A DNA stretch of 64,000 nucleotides from Candidatus Aenigmatarchaeota archaeon (GTDB lineage: Archaea > Aenigmatarchaeota > Aenigmatarchaeia > CG10238-14 > SpSt-28). The notes below the pieces were generated by a model. The model was not told the origin of the DNA. It searched no databases and saw only the letters and a program-made list of their open reading frames with translations. Both the position numbers and the translations under genes were made by a program. Position 1 is the stretch's first letter. Every line of letters starts with the position of its first letter. Location: the NCBI GenBank assembly GCA_038997165.1, contig JAWBAK010000001.1, positions 485,320 through 549,319 on the forward strand, written 5' to 3'. This document shows, in pieces, positions 63,759-64,000 of the stretch.

Positions 63759-63866
63759 GGGCCGGTAGCTCAGCATGGTAGAGCGGCGGGCTTTTAGTTT
63801 GATTTACTAAAAGCTCTGAATAATGAAGAAACCCGTAGGTCGCGGGTTCAAATCCCGCCCGGCCCA
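63759..63866 (+). tRNA. tRNA-Lys(TTT) with 34-nt intron at 37/38 (63797-63830)
   Basis: GCGGG-CT TTT A[intron]A-CCCGT; CTTT/GAAG helix with 3-nt bulge. Confidence 0.92.
63797..63830 (+). ncRNA. Putative intron-encoded minimal C/D-box guide
   Basis: 10-nt antisense ACTAAAAGCT, then CTGA (63816-63819), then ATGAAGA (63823-63829). Confidence 0.55.
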
Positions 63867-64000
63867 TTTAAATAAAAATATTTAAATTTTTTAATTACTA
63901 ATCAATTATGAAAATAAATGAAAATATAACATTTTTTAATACTTCAAATTTTTTAAATAATTGGAAAAAAGATTTAAATTTAGAATTATTTTCCTTACCT

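Noticed and set aside
63652..63867. 71-aa minus-strand ORF
   Set aside because: Antisense to tRNA-Lys and the end of the phosphoesterase gene.

Overview
A very AT-rich archaeal chromosome segment. The gene set (RpoA'/A'', L30e, aIF-6, EF-2, aRF1, MCM, TBP, SMC-ScpAB, Mre11-Rad50), the unlinked divergent 16S rRNA and the streamlined metabolism point to a DPANN (Aenigmarchaeota-like) archaeon. The strongly GC-rich structural RNAs suggest a thermophile. Both assignments are inferences. Most of the window is informational housekeeping genes and 8 tRNA genes, 3 with 37/38 introns. Notable points: (1) a rewired translation apparatus, with 16S G527A next to uS12 PNSA->PHSG and GDxPG->GSMWG, a compensated central pseudoknot, no anti-Shine-Dalgarno tail, aRF1 GGWSQ instead of GGQ, and a tRNA-Ile(UAU); (2) a 34-nt tRNA-Lys(UUU) intron that looks like a miniature C/D guide aimed at its own wobble U34, while the other two introns also fold back on their 5' exons; (3) an ~11-kb co-oriented surface locus of pilin-like genes with atypical cleavage sites, followed by tail-fibre-like GxVGIG-repeat proteins with reciprocally shuffled DNA modules and a Cys-rich protein; (4) a half-length SMC; (5) ongoing gene decay (CTP synthase, a DUF4143 ATPase copy, a SWIM duplicate, a nuclease remnant). 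All calls come from reading motifs by eye; no searches were run.
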